NCBI GenBank assembly: GCA_963767735.1
Contig: CAVYES010000008.1
Coordinates: 1 to 64,000 of the forward strand
Source of the DNA: Candidatus Bathyarchaeota archaeon
Lineage (GTDB): Archaea > Thermoproteota > Bathyarchaeia > Bathyarchaeales > Bathycorpusculaceae
DNA length: 64,000 nt
Direction: 5' to 3'
The notes beneath the pieces are model-generated. The model had not been told where the DNA came from and did no database searches. It saw only the letters and a list, made by a program, of their open reading frames with translations. Shown here in pieces: positions 55,148 through 64,000 of this stretch (position 1 is its first letter; each line of letters opens with the position of its first letter). The position numbers were made by a program, and so were the translations under genes.

Positions 55148-56065
55148 TCAAATTATACTGTATAGTTTAAAGAGAGCATTCAACCGGTTGGAAGCCTCAT
55201 TACGGTTTTTTTTACTCCAGATGATTGCAGGCACCGCAAAAATCGTAATTATGATTAGGATTATTGGCACGATTATCCCTAAGGGAAATTCTGGCGCTGA
55301 AGGGAGCGGTGTGGGTGAAGGGGATTGCGTGGGAGCCGAGGTAGGTGTCGTTGTCGACTTTGGGGTTGGTGTAGGCGACGGGGATGAAGTTGGAGTAGGA
55401 GAGGGGCTTGTAGAGGAGGAGGGGGTAGGAGTGGGACTTGGAGAAGAGGTTGGTGTAGGTGAAGGATTATTTGCAAGTACTATAATTGTTGCATTGTTGC
55501 AGGTAACGGTGACGTTGGATGTTGGGTTACTAAAGTTCGGTATTAAGCATCCTCCTGCGATGTCTATCGTACTACTGCCTGTGTCTGTAATGAGAAAAGT
55601 TAAAGTTGCCAATACACCGGAAGTATCCGTCAACGTGTCGTCTCCATAAATGGCCTCCGATAAACCGCCGCGAAGTGTGCCACCTGTGTTATTCCAGAGT
55701 TGACTGGAGCCGCCAATAAAATCCGTTGTATCTCCTCCAGTGTTAGCTGAAAGGAAAGGACCTTGTTGAACCTGGGTTAGGTTCATAACTGCAGGATTCC
55801 AAGTTACCGTGGGTGTAGCCCAGCCCCAAAAACCAACAGCAACATCATCAATCCTAATATCTACGCTTACATTAGTACCAACAGGATTCGGACTTGGACC
55901 CAACGTAATAGTTGAAGTACTCGCAGTCCCAGATTGAACCGCACTAATAACAGCAGTTGAAAGACTAGCCGCATCGCCCCTACCGATTCCAGAAACACAG
56001 ACTAAAGTCAATATGATAAGGGTGCTCAGAACAATTGAAGCGATCAGGTTTCTCTTTATTTTCAC
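55148..56065 (-). CDS. Cohesin protein with P/T/S linker and PEF-CTERM-like anchor (tandem paralog 1)
   Basis: Signal peptide, cohesin, ~55-aa PTPS linker, APEFP + TM. Confidence 0.85.
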   Translation of the reverse strand: MKIKRNLIASIVLSTLIILTLVCVSGIGRGDAASLSTAVISAVQSGTASTSTITLGPSPNPVGTNVSVDIRIDDVAVGFWGWATPTVTWNPAVMNLTQVQQGPFLSANTGGDTTDFIGGSSQLWNNTGGTLRGGLSEAIYGDDTLTDTSGVLATLTFLITDTGSSTIDIAGGCLIPNFSNPTSNVTVTCNNATIIVLANNPSPTPTSSPSPTPTPSSSTSPSPTPTSSPSPTPTPKSTTTPTSAPTQSPSPTPLPSAPEFPLGIIVPIILIIITIFAVPAIIWSKKNRNEASNRLNALFKLYSII

Positions 56066-56491
56066 TTTCTTTAACCTCGTTTAATTAATGTTACACGGTA
56101 ATAGTCAAATTAGCTTAAGTGAGTGCAAGCATACACTTAGCATCATTTGGTAGAACATTGCATGAATGGTTATTCTATGTTGAGTAAGTAAATTATTTAG
56201 AAATCAATAGGTTTTGTCTAATCTATATATTTGGATTCTTAGCGTTTGAAATGGCTTCAAAAACTCATTGTTTTCTTAATAAAGTGATAAACTTAGTCTG
56301 GGAACTAAGAGAATAATTTATTGATGCGTTTATACTCGCAATTTTGTTTATCAAAACGCCTCTATATCTGGAGGTATTATTGAAAGAGGCTGATTTCCAT
56401 GTTATAAGGTTCGTTGTCGAGGCATCTGCGAGGAATAGAAGAGTACTTATAAACGGAAAAGAGCGGTTATGATTTTGTTTTCATTGCTGCA

Positions 56492-58739
56492 CTAACTGCC
56501 GTAGTAAATGTATAGCGGAGCTTGTTGTTGTGGAGAGAAAGCTATTCCGCTGTTTGCTGGGGTGCCGTTGAGGATGTCGACGTCAGACATATGCTGGACC
56601 TACGTATGCCCATGTTGGAATGGTTAGGCTTAAGGTGTATGTTTGTGTGTTGCTGCTTGTCGCAAGATTTCCTGTTGCTGCTGGTGCTGTTTCCGCAAGT
56701 ATTTGGAATGCAACAGGTACGGTGTTAGTGTCGAAAACTGTTGCCGTCAGATAGAATGGTGTTGGAGTCCAGTTTGTGCTGTTAACGGTTGCTGTAAGGG
56801 TTATAACGTTGAGTCCTGCATAGTTTGGAAAGAAGACTGGACCTACACCGTTGGTGTCGTAAACGCCGTTGTTTATTGTTACGCCTTGCAGGTTAAGTTG
56901 GTATCCGTAGTAGAATTGGCATGTATCGTTTAATGTAACTTGAGATAGGTCAACTGTTCCTTTCACGGTAACCACACCGAAATAATCTGTCGGATCGCTG
57001 CCTTGCCATGGGAATCTGTAGGAGGTGGTTGCGTATCCCGTCGAGTTGGTTGATGCTTCTGCGTAGTCGATGTATTGGCCGTTGTCGTAGATATCAAAGG
57101 TAACTTCTTTGCCGACGACTGGGGCATTGTTGAAAGTTACGTAGCCTATGAGGTTAACTAACTGTTGAGGTCCGAATGCAGATGCGTCAGCACCAGCTCC
57201 TTGACCTCCGTTTTGAGTCCATATGTCAAGGGCACTTTCCGATTGAAGAACCTGTATGGTTAATGTTGTTGTGCCAGTTTCGCTATATCCCGGTGCAGGA
57301 GTATTGGTTGGTGAGAGTGCCGTTACAGTTAAAGTTGCAACTATTGTGCCAGGTGCCGACCCGACTTGAGCTGCTGACAGACTTACTGCTGAAGCACTTG
57401 AGGTCAATACTGCCCCGTCCACGAGAGTAATGCTCCAGCTGTATTTAGTAATAGGGCAAATCTGGTACGGGGGCACCATGTTGATGCCAGGCATCGATTG
57501 TGAACCATTAAGGATTAAAGCGAAGTCTGTTAAAGTCTGGTCGCTGCCAGTACCGAATGGGCCGCCCGAAGCAATTATGACTGCTTGTGGACCGGTTGCT
57601 GGTGCGGGAGTCCAGCTGTATGCTGCATTGTTTAATTGGACTGGGGTTATCGCTTGGTGTGGGGAAGCGTCATTTTGCAGAGTTGGTGTTCCTGTTATTA
57701 GGCCGAGGGCAGAGTCACTGTAGGTAACAATTTGGAAAGTTAATGTTGTCAAAACACCTGATGAAGCACTCGCACTCATAGCAGAGGTGTACTCGTCACT
57801 GATTCCGTCATCCACTTTACCCAAATAATTATCTATGAATCCTGGTGAGAACGATGTTTTGCCGCTCTGACTAAGATATGGACCTTCAGTAACGCTGGTA
57901 CATTTAACCACGTTTGGATCCCATGTAACGTCAACGCTCCAGCCCCAAACACCAGCCGCGCCGGTGATGTACAGGTTAATACTAAAGGTTGCGCCGATTG
58001 GATCTTGTAGAGATGGAAATTGAATGTTTGCGTTTGTGGTTGACCCACTTTGGTATATGCTGATGGAGGTTACTGTTGACTGTACTGCAGCGACTGATGC
58101 GCTATTACATGGTGCACTGATTTTGGGGGTGCCCACGGCGGCTGACCCCAGCAGGTAACCTTGATTGATGGTTATTGGACTGCTGCCGTAGCCCACAATG
58201 GTGAATGTTAGAGTAGCAACTACACCTGATGGATCAGTTGATACATCTGCAGCTGTGATAGCTTGTGCTAAACCGCCTGAAATGCTTCCTGGATTGACAG
58301 TGTTGTCAAATAAGCTGCTTGAGGTTCCAGTGGTAGATACTGTATCGCCGCCAGTATTGTCTGCTAGGAATGGACCTGCTACAACTTTTGTCAAGTGGAC
58401 CACTGCAGTATTCCAAGTTACTGTGGGTACAGCCCAGCCCCAAATGTCTGCTGCGCCGCTGATGTAGATGTCGAACTTTACTGTCGTGCCGATTGGATTC
58501 GGACTTGAAGGCACACTAACGCTATTAATGTTAGTCGTGCCTCCAGTGCCTAATTCCACTGTACTAAAGGTGCCGCTGGTAGCGGGTTGTGCACCCACCA
58601 TATTTAATGCAAAGAACATGGACGCAGTCATGATAAAAACTAGCGCTAATGCGACGTAGGGTTTTTTGTTTTTTAGGTTTAAAGGCGAAAAGAGTTTGCT
58701 GATTACAGCTACTATATAAGGTATATTTCTCCTTTCCAT
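56492..58739 (-). CDS. Secreted scaffoldin-like protein (2 cohesins + PKD-like + GPQ + IP.WA.G domains), frameshift near 56585
   Basis: Collinear with 61132..63357; alternate frame gives DVDILNGTPANSGIAFSPQQQAPLYIYYGS* ending at 56492. Confidence 0.85.
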
Positions 58740-59055
58740 TCCTCTCCTACACCGTCCTCTGTCTAGTATAGTGTATGAAGGGTCAATGCCCGAGTGAACT
58801 TCGGTGAGCGCCTTGGATACACTTCACTTTTCGCGCTTTAATAGAATCTATGTGAGGAGGATTATTCTGTCTTCAGTAAGTAAAATATGTAGAACCAAAT
58901 AGATTCCGTTTTGACATCATACTTGTCAATGTACTATGGAGCTTAACAAGCAATCAAGCCACCTCGTTGTTGGCATTTTTAGTTTTGGGAAGATGAAGAG
59001 TGAAGAGTTTGATTTAGGTGGAAAAAGAAAAGCGGTGGATTGCGTGGTTTTTTGT

Positions 59056-60120
59056 TTATGTTCGTTTTCTGAGCCAGATAAATGATCCGGCGAGAACGAA
59101 TACTGTTAGGATAACGAGGATTCCTGTTATTGTTGGGGGCACGTTGAATGATCCTGTGTTTGCTGTTGCCGCGGAGGTAGAATCTGGAGTGGTAGTTGTT
59201 GTTGGGGTTGAGGTTGAGTCGGTGTTAGGCGTCGCGGTAGCGGTTGGGGTGGGTGTTGCTGGTTTGCCTGTGACGCTTATTATTACTGTGCTGTTGTCGG
59301 TTCCAAGTGAATCTGTCACCGTTAACGTTACGGTGTAATTTCCTGGATTATTGAAAGTGTATGTTGCTGTCTTGCCTGTGAGGGTTTGTGGTGTGACATC
59401 GGTGAAAGTCCAAGTGTAGTTTGTGTTGGTTCCAGTTGAAACGGATTGTGATGCATTAAAGACTACCGGTGTACCTACGGGCACAGTTTGGTCTTCGCCT
59501 GCATTAGCGGTTGGAGCCCCAGCAATTTCAAGGGAAACTATGCTTGTTGAAAAGTAAGAGGCCGGAACTATTTGAGGGTGAGCTGTACCGGTTGTATCAA
59601 TCGATGGGTTAGGTCCTTCAAGAAGTACGACGCCGAGAGCTATTGGAGTTGATCCAGTTTGCCTCATTATTTGGAAGGTCATGCTTGCAAGAACGCCGCT
59701 TCCGCTTACAGAGTTGTCTTCCCCATTTGAAAATGTGTCAATAGCGCAACTTAAATACGCTTCCTTATAAGTATCCGTAGCAATTGCACCTGCAACATCA
59801 ACGATTGGGGAAGGCGTAAAAAGTGTTTGGTATTGGCTGTTCAGGAAACTTCCTTCTTGTTTGCTTATTAAGGTTAGGTAATTGGTGTCCCATGTAACGT
59901 TAAGCGCCCATCCCCAGAGGTTTTGAACATTTGAAATGTCGATGTTAATGGTGAATTGTTCGTTAAGTGTGGTCGCGTTGTATGTCGCAGGATCTAAAAA
60001 AACGGAGGGGGATTGTGAAGCCTGTGCGTTTACTGTGCGTGCATATGGAATTGCCGGAATTGCTGGGATTATCATGGCTGCAATCAGTATTAGGAGTAGA
60101 TAACCGATTGTTTTTTTCAA
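59056..60120 (-). CDS. Cohesin + PKD domain protein with C-terminal TM anchor
   Basis: LWGW.L.V.WD..EGSFL...SGSGVLA.MTF; PTANAGEDQ..FNASQS...YTWTF...YTF..PGNYTVTLTVTD; TM + RKR; probable TTG start at 60120. Confidence 0.88.
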   Translation of the reverse strand: MKKTIGYLLLILIAAMIIPAIPAIPYARTVNAQASQSPSVFLDPATYNATTLNEQFTINIDISNVQNLWGWALNVTWDTNYLTLISKQEGSFLNSQYQTLFTPSPIVDVAGAIATDTYKEAYLSCAIDTFSNGEDNSVSGSGVLASMTFQIMRQTGSTPIALGVVLLEGPNPSIDTTGTAHPQIVPASYFSTSIVSLEIAGAPTANAGEDQTVPVGTPVVFNASQSVSTGTNTNYTWTFTDVTPQTLTGKTATYTFNNPGNYTVTLTVTDSLGTDNSTVIISVTGKPATPTPTATATPNTDSTSTPTTTTTPDSTSAATANTGSFNVPPTITGILVILTVFVLAGSFIWLRKRT

Positions 60121-60127
60121 GGTGCTT

Positions 60128-61126
60128 TTAGCTGCTCCAGTACAGTATGTAGTAAGATAGGAAGAGGAAGAAGTCGGCTGCATTTATTTTACCATAACCA
60201 CCGAGGTCACATGCAGTATTATAAGATTGTCTCAGGTTGGATGAGATGTATGCGCTCAGGAAAATGAAGAAGTCCGTGGAGGTTACTGAGCCGGCTCCGG
60301 TAAAGTCGTCTAGTAACTGGACGTTGAACGACGTGGTGGCTGTGCCAAAATAGCCTGACCAGGTTCCGGAAGCATATACTTGGTAGGTGCCACTTGGGGC
60401 ATTGTCTTGTATTTGTGGGAGTGTGAATGTCATGCTGTAAACTCCTGCGCTGCCGCTGTTGCTTGGTGCTGAACCTGCAGCGGGGTTGCTTCCTACGATT
60501 GTGAATGTGAAGGGATATTCTTGGGCGAGCGGATATCCGCCGTTCTGTGGGAAATCGGTGTACACATCTGCGTAACCATACGCTGTTCCTGAGTGTGCAG
60601 TGGTTGGTATCGGAATGCTTCCTGTTTCTGTCTGAGATGCGTCCGCCCCGACTGAAACTTGTGCAGTATATACTCCAAGCGGAACCCCGTTGCCATCGTA
60701 AATGCTGATTGCAATTAAGGTCGTCCACAATTGGTCGTCTTGGTTCGCGACTACCATAGAGAAGTCGCCATCCGTGCCGCTATAGAAAGAGGGCGGTACA
60801 GGATTTCCGTCTGCGTCAGAAGTGTAAGCCGAAGTGATTTTTTCTGGCTCACTAAATTCTGTTGCCGTACCTGTTTGGATCGTTCTTAAAACTATGGGAA
60901 CCCCTCCACTTGGAAATTGTACTTGTATTCCGACCAGACCGTCGCTCGGATTCTCTCCGTTATACGAAAGCGCTCCATTGAGAGTGATGGGAGAATAGAA
61001 ATCGTATGTTGTTGTCTGGTTTGTTGTTACTGTAAGATTTACTGTTGGTGATTGAGCATGTACTAATGCGAAACTTGATATAATTAATATAAAAAGAAAA
61101 GAAAGGGAGATGATTTTTGTTTTCAT
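60128..61126 (-). CDS. Secreted protein with IP..A..G domain and C-terminal dockerin-like domain
   Basis: Start MKTKIISL at 61126; DFTGAGSVTSTDFFIF...YNTACDLGGYGKINAADFFLF. Confidence 0.82.
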   Translation of the reverse strand: MKTKIISLSFLFILIISSFALVHAQSPTVNLTVTTNQTTTYDFYSPITLNGALSYNGENPSDGLVGIQVQFPSGGVPIVLRTIQTGTATEFSEPEKITSAYTSDADGNPVPPSFYSGTDGDFSMVVANQDDQLWTTLIAISIYDGNGVPLGVYTAQVSVGADASQTETGSIPIPTTAHSGTAYGYADVYTDFPQNGGYPLAQEYPFTFTIVGSNPAAGSAPSNSGSAGVYSMTFTLPQIQDNAPSGTYQVYASGTWSGYFGTATTSFNVQLLDDFTGAGSVTSTDFFIFLSAYISSNLRQSYNTACDLGGYGKINAADFFLFLSYYILYWSS

Positions 61127-61131
61127 GGCTA

Positions 61132-63357
61132 TCACAAACTTGTGTTGTATATGTATAGCGAAGCTTGTTGCTGTGGACTGAATGCTAGTCCGTTGTTTGC
61201 TGGTGTGTTGTTGAGTATGTTGACATCGACATATGCTGGTCCTGCGAATGCCCATGTTGGAATAGTCAAGCTTATGGTGTACGTCTGTCCGATATTGCCG
61301 CCTGCAACGTTTGGTGCTGCTGGTGCAGTTTCCATAGTTACTGTGCATGCGACTGGTACGGTATTAGCGTCGAAGACTGTTGCTGTCAGGTAGAATGTTG
61401 TTGGGGTCCAGTTGAAGCTGTAGACTGGTACTGTAAGGGTTACAACGTTTTGTCCTGGATAGTTTCTGAAGAAGACTGGTCCTACGCCAGCGCTGTAAAC
61501 GCCGTTGGTGATTGTTATGGGCTGTAGGCTAAGTTGGTATCCGTAGTAGAATTGGCATGTGTCAGTTAATGTTACTTGAGATACGTCTACTGATCCTGTC
61601 ACTGTGACTGTGCCGAAGTAACTTGTTGGGTTGGTGTCTTGCCAAGGTAGTCTGTATGAGGCGTATGCATATCCGGTAGAGTCTGTTGATGCGGTGACTA
61701 CGTCAATGTAGACGCCGTTTAGGTATATGTCGAAGGTAACTGTCTTGTCTACTACTGGGGCGCCGTTGAATGTTACGTATGCCGTGAGGTCAACTAACTG
61801 TTGGGGACCGAATGCTGATGCGGGTGCGTTTAATCCTTGTCCGCCGTTTTGTGTCCAGATGTCTAGAACGCCGTTTGACCAGTTATTCCAGCCTGCTGGG
61901 AGTGGTAGAATAACTTGAACGCTCTGGGTTGTGGTGCTAGTTTCAGTGTATGTTGGTGCTGGGGTGTCGGTTGGTGAGGGTGCTGTAACGGTTAAGATTG
62001 CAGTTATTGTTCCAGGGGTCAAGCCTACTTGAGCTGCTGATAGGGCAACTGTTTCGGTATTAGCTGTCACTATTGTGCCGCCAACTAGAGTTATGCTCCA
62101 GCTGTATGTTGTGATTGGGCAGTTTTGCATTGGTGGGATCGTGTTTGTGCCTGCTTGTGAGGGCGTACCGTCAAAGGTTAAAGCGTAACCTGTTACAGTC
62201 TGGGAGTTGTCTGTGCCGAATGGGCTGCCTTCGTTGGTTATGATTGCTACTGGTCCTGTTGCGGTTGCTGGGGTCCATGAGTATGTTGCTCCGGTTAGGA
62301 TTGGTGCTGGTGTTATTACTTGAGCTGGGAGATTGTCGTTTACTAGAGTTCCTGGGGTTCCTGCTGTTAGACCGATGTTAGAGTCGCCGTAGCTGAGGAT
62401 TTGGAACGTTAATGTGCATAATACGCCTGATGTGGCACTGTCGCTTATTTGAGAGCTGTATGCGTCGCTGATTCCTGCGTCAACTTGTCCTAGATAGTTG
62501 TCTATGAATCCTGGTGCGAACAATGTTGCCCCGCCTGAACTTAGGTATGAGCCTTCGGTGACACCTGTGCATTCGAGTACGCTTGGATTCCATGTAACGC
62601 CTATGCTCCATCCCCAAACATTGGCAGGAGCGTTGCTGATGTATGCATCAACGCTGAATGTTGCGCCGATTGGGTCGCTTGCAGATGGCCAGGTAATGGC
62701 TGCATTTGTGGTTGATCCGTGTTGATACAAGCTGATGGAATTTGGTTTTTGAACTAAGAGTGATCCGCTGTTGGCTGATGTTGGGAGATGTGGAGAGCCT
62801 ACTGTGCTGGTTGCGATCAAGTATGCGCCGCTGATGGTTATTGCACTGCTGCCGTAGCCAACTATAGTGAAAGTCATAGTAATGACTACGCCTGCTGCGT
62901 CAGTTGATTGATCTGCAGCTGTGATAGCTTGTGCTAAACCGCCTGAAATGGTTCCTGGATTGTCTGTGTTGTCAAATAAGCTGCTTGAGGTTCCGGTGGT
63001 AGATACTGAATCTCCGCCAGGCGCATTGTCTGATAGGAATGGACCTGCTACAACTTTTGTCAATTGTATCACATTGGTATTCCAATTAACGGTGGGTATT
63101 GCCCAGCCCCAAATGTCTGATGCGCCGCTGATGTAGATGTCGTACTTTACCGTAGTGCCTATTGGACTAGGGCTTGAAGGCACTGTAATACTGCTGGTTT
63201 GACCAGCTGTGCCTCCAGTGCCTGATGCCACTACGCTAAAGGTGCCAGTGGTTGCTTGCGCGTGCACTACACCCATTGCAAAGAACATTGACGCTAACAT
63301 GAAAAAAACTAGCGCAAATGCTCCAATGCTCTTCTTGTTTTTAAAGTTTAAGTTCAT
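61132..63357 (-). CDS. Secreted scaffoldin-like protein (2 cohesins + PKD-like + GPQ + IP.WA.G domains)
   Basis: IWGW..GPFL and VWGW..EGSYL modules; DIWTQNGGQG..FGPQQLV; IPTWAFAGPA. Confidence 0.85.
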   Translation of the reverse strand: MNLNFKNKKSIGAFALVFFMLASMFFAMGVVHAQATTGTFSVVASGTGGTAGQTSSITVPSSPSPIGTTVKYDIYISGASDIWGWAIPTVNWNTNVIQLTKVVAGPFLSDNAPGGDSVSTTGTSSSLFDNTDNPGTISGGLAQAITAADQSTDAAGVVITMTFTIVGYGSSAITISGAYLIATSTVGSPHLPTSANSGSLLVQKPNSISLYQHGSTTNAAITWPSASDPIGATFSVDAYISNAPANVWGWSIGVTWNPSVLECTGVTEGSYLSSGGATLFAPGFIDNYLGQVDAGISDAYSSQISDSATSGVLCTLTFQILSYGDSNIGLTAGTPGTLVNDNLPAQVITPAPILTGATYSWTPATATGPVAIITNEGSPFGTDNSQTVTGYALTFDGTPSQAGTNTIPPMQNCPITTYSWSITLVGGTIVTANTETVALSAAQVGLTPGTITAILTVTAPSPTDTPAPTYTETSTTTQSVQVILPLPAGWNNWSNGVLDIWTQNGGQGLNAPASAFGPQQLVDLTAYVTFNGAPVVDKTVTFDIYLNGVYIDVVTASTDSTGYAYASYRLPWQDTNPTSYFGTVTVTGSVDVSQVTLTDTCQFYYGYQLSLQPITITNGVYSAGVGPVFFRNYPGQNVVTLTVPVYSFNWTPTTFYLTATVFDANTVPVACTVTMETAPAAPNVAGGNIGQTYTISLTIPTWAFAGPAYVDVNILNNTPANNGLAFSPQQQASLYIYNTSL

Positions 63358-63415
63358 TGTTTTTTTTCTCCTTTCTGATTTTTTTTTATCATAAAAAAAA
63401 TATAGGGCCCACTGT

Positions 63416-64000
63416 TTAGTGGGTTGGAGCGTAGACTGTGTAGTAATAGACGTATTCGCTTAGGAATGCTAAGAAGCTGCCGCCGTTGATTGTGCCTTGG
63501 GCTGTAATGTCTGCGTATGGGTTGTAAATGTGGTTCGCGTAGTATGCGATGTATGCATCAGTGAAGTAGAAGAAGTCGTTTGCATCAACAACCAATCTTG
63601 GGACAGTCTGAGTCTGGCCTGCGAGTGGTGTATAGCCTCCAAGAGCTGAGTTTAGAACTGGTCCGCCTGCCATTGCTGCGCGTGGCATAACCATGTAGTT
63701 GTTGTCTGAGACGAAGTTAGGATTCGGTGAACCAGTGCTGTACGGTGCCGTGGTAATTATGCCTGCATCGAGTTTCATGTATGCGATCCATACTCCTTCT
63801 GCCAGGTTCGGGCCTGTAGTTGGAATAGTATTTGGTGTTACTTCCCAGAGCCATCTGAATGGTGTGTATGTGCCTGCGATAACGTTAGCTTGTGATGGTG
63901 CAAAGTAGCCTGCTACTGCTGGTGATGGAGGACTTGCATTGTATATGCTTAGTGGGATCATGACTGCCTCGTTAGATATGTAGTAGCCTAGTGAAATGAA
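63416..64000 (-). CDS. 3' end of a larger protein (frame open to the window edge) with a C-terminal dockerin-like domain
   Basis: No stop between 63961 and 64000; VDANDFFYF..AY...YNPYADITAQGTINGGSFLAF. Confidence 0.75.
   Translation of the reverse strand, partial: FISLGYYISNEAVMIPLSIYNASPPSPAVAGYFAPSQANVIAGTYTPFRWLWEVTPNTIPTTGPNLAEGVWIAYMKLDAGIITTAPYSTGSPNPNFVSDNNYMVMPRAAMAGGPVLNSALGGYTPLAGQTQTVPRLVVDANDFFYFTDAYIAYYANHIYNPYADITAQGTINGGSFLAFLSEYVYYYTVYAPTH

Noticed and set aside
302-58739. Many split genes read as programmed frameshifting or mass pseudogenisation
   Set aside because: Single-base shifts hit unrelated genes, including conserved ones (htpX, mtrH), with no accompanying decay or shared slippery motif. 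Sequencing or consensus indels are the simpler explanation; read polishing would decide.

Overview
Archaeal chromosomal DNA (about 40% GC by eye), most consistent with Bathyarchaeia. The evidence is GPN-loop GTPase, DUF4443, AbrB-PhoU, MtrH, PEF-CTERM-type sorting tails and many cohesin proteins; the taxonomy is inference. At least a dozen genes are split by single-base frameshifts, probably long-read consensus errors. 1-8.4 kb: accessory genes, an IS1182 remnant beside a decayed tRNA 3' end, Hsp20 and a YVTN propeller. 8.7-38.3 kb: a region rich in cobalamin and methyl-transfer genes (three B12-binding radical SAMs, corrinoid protein + MtrH, CbiZ, bacterial-type MetK, a stand-alone RnfD-ferredoxin fusion, a SPASM radical SAM, two paralogous Cys-motif barrel proteins), mixed with GT-C glycosyltransferases. 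38.7-45.2 kb: housekeeping genes, small genes separated by a repeated 13-18 bp site, and pstB/phoU. 45.4-64 kb: eleven co-oriented secreted-protein genes forming a cohesin-dockerin (cellulosome-like, but with no recognisable enzymes) surface system. The most unusual non-coding signal is a dispersed element with four copies: a conserved 37-bp leader ending GTTTGCAGGT, followed at once by 6-7 tandem 10-bp units whose core differs at every locus.
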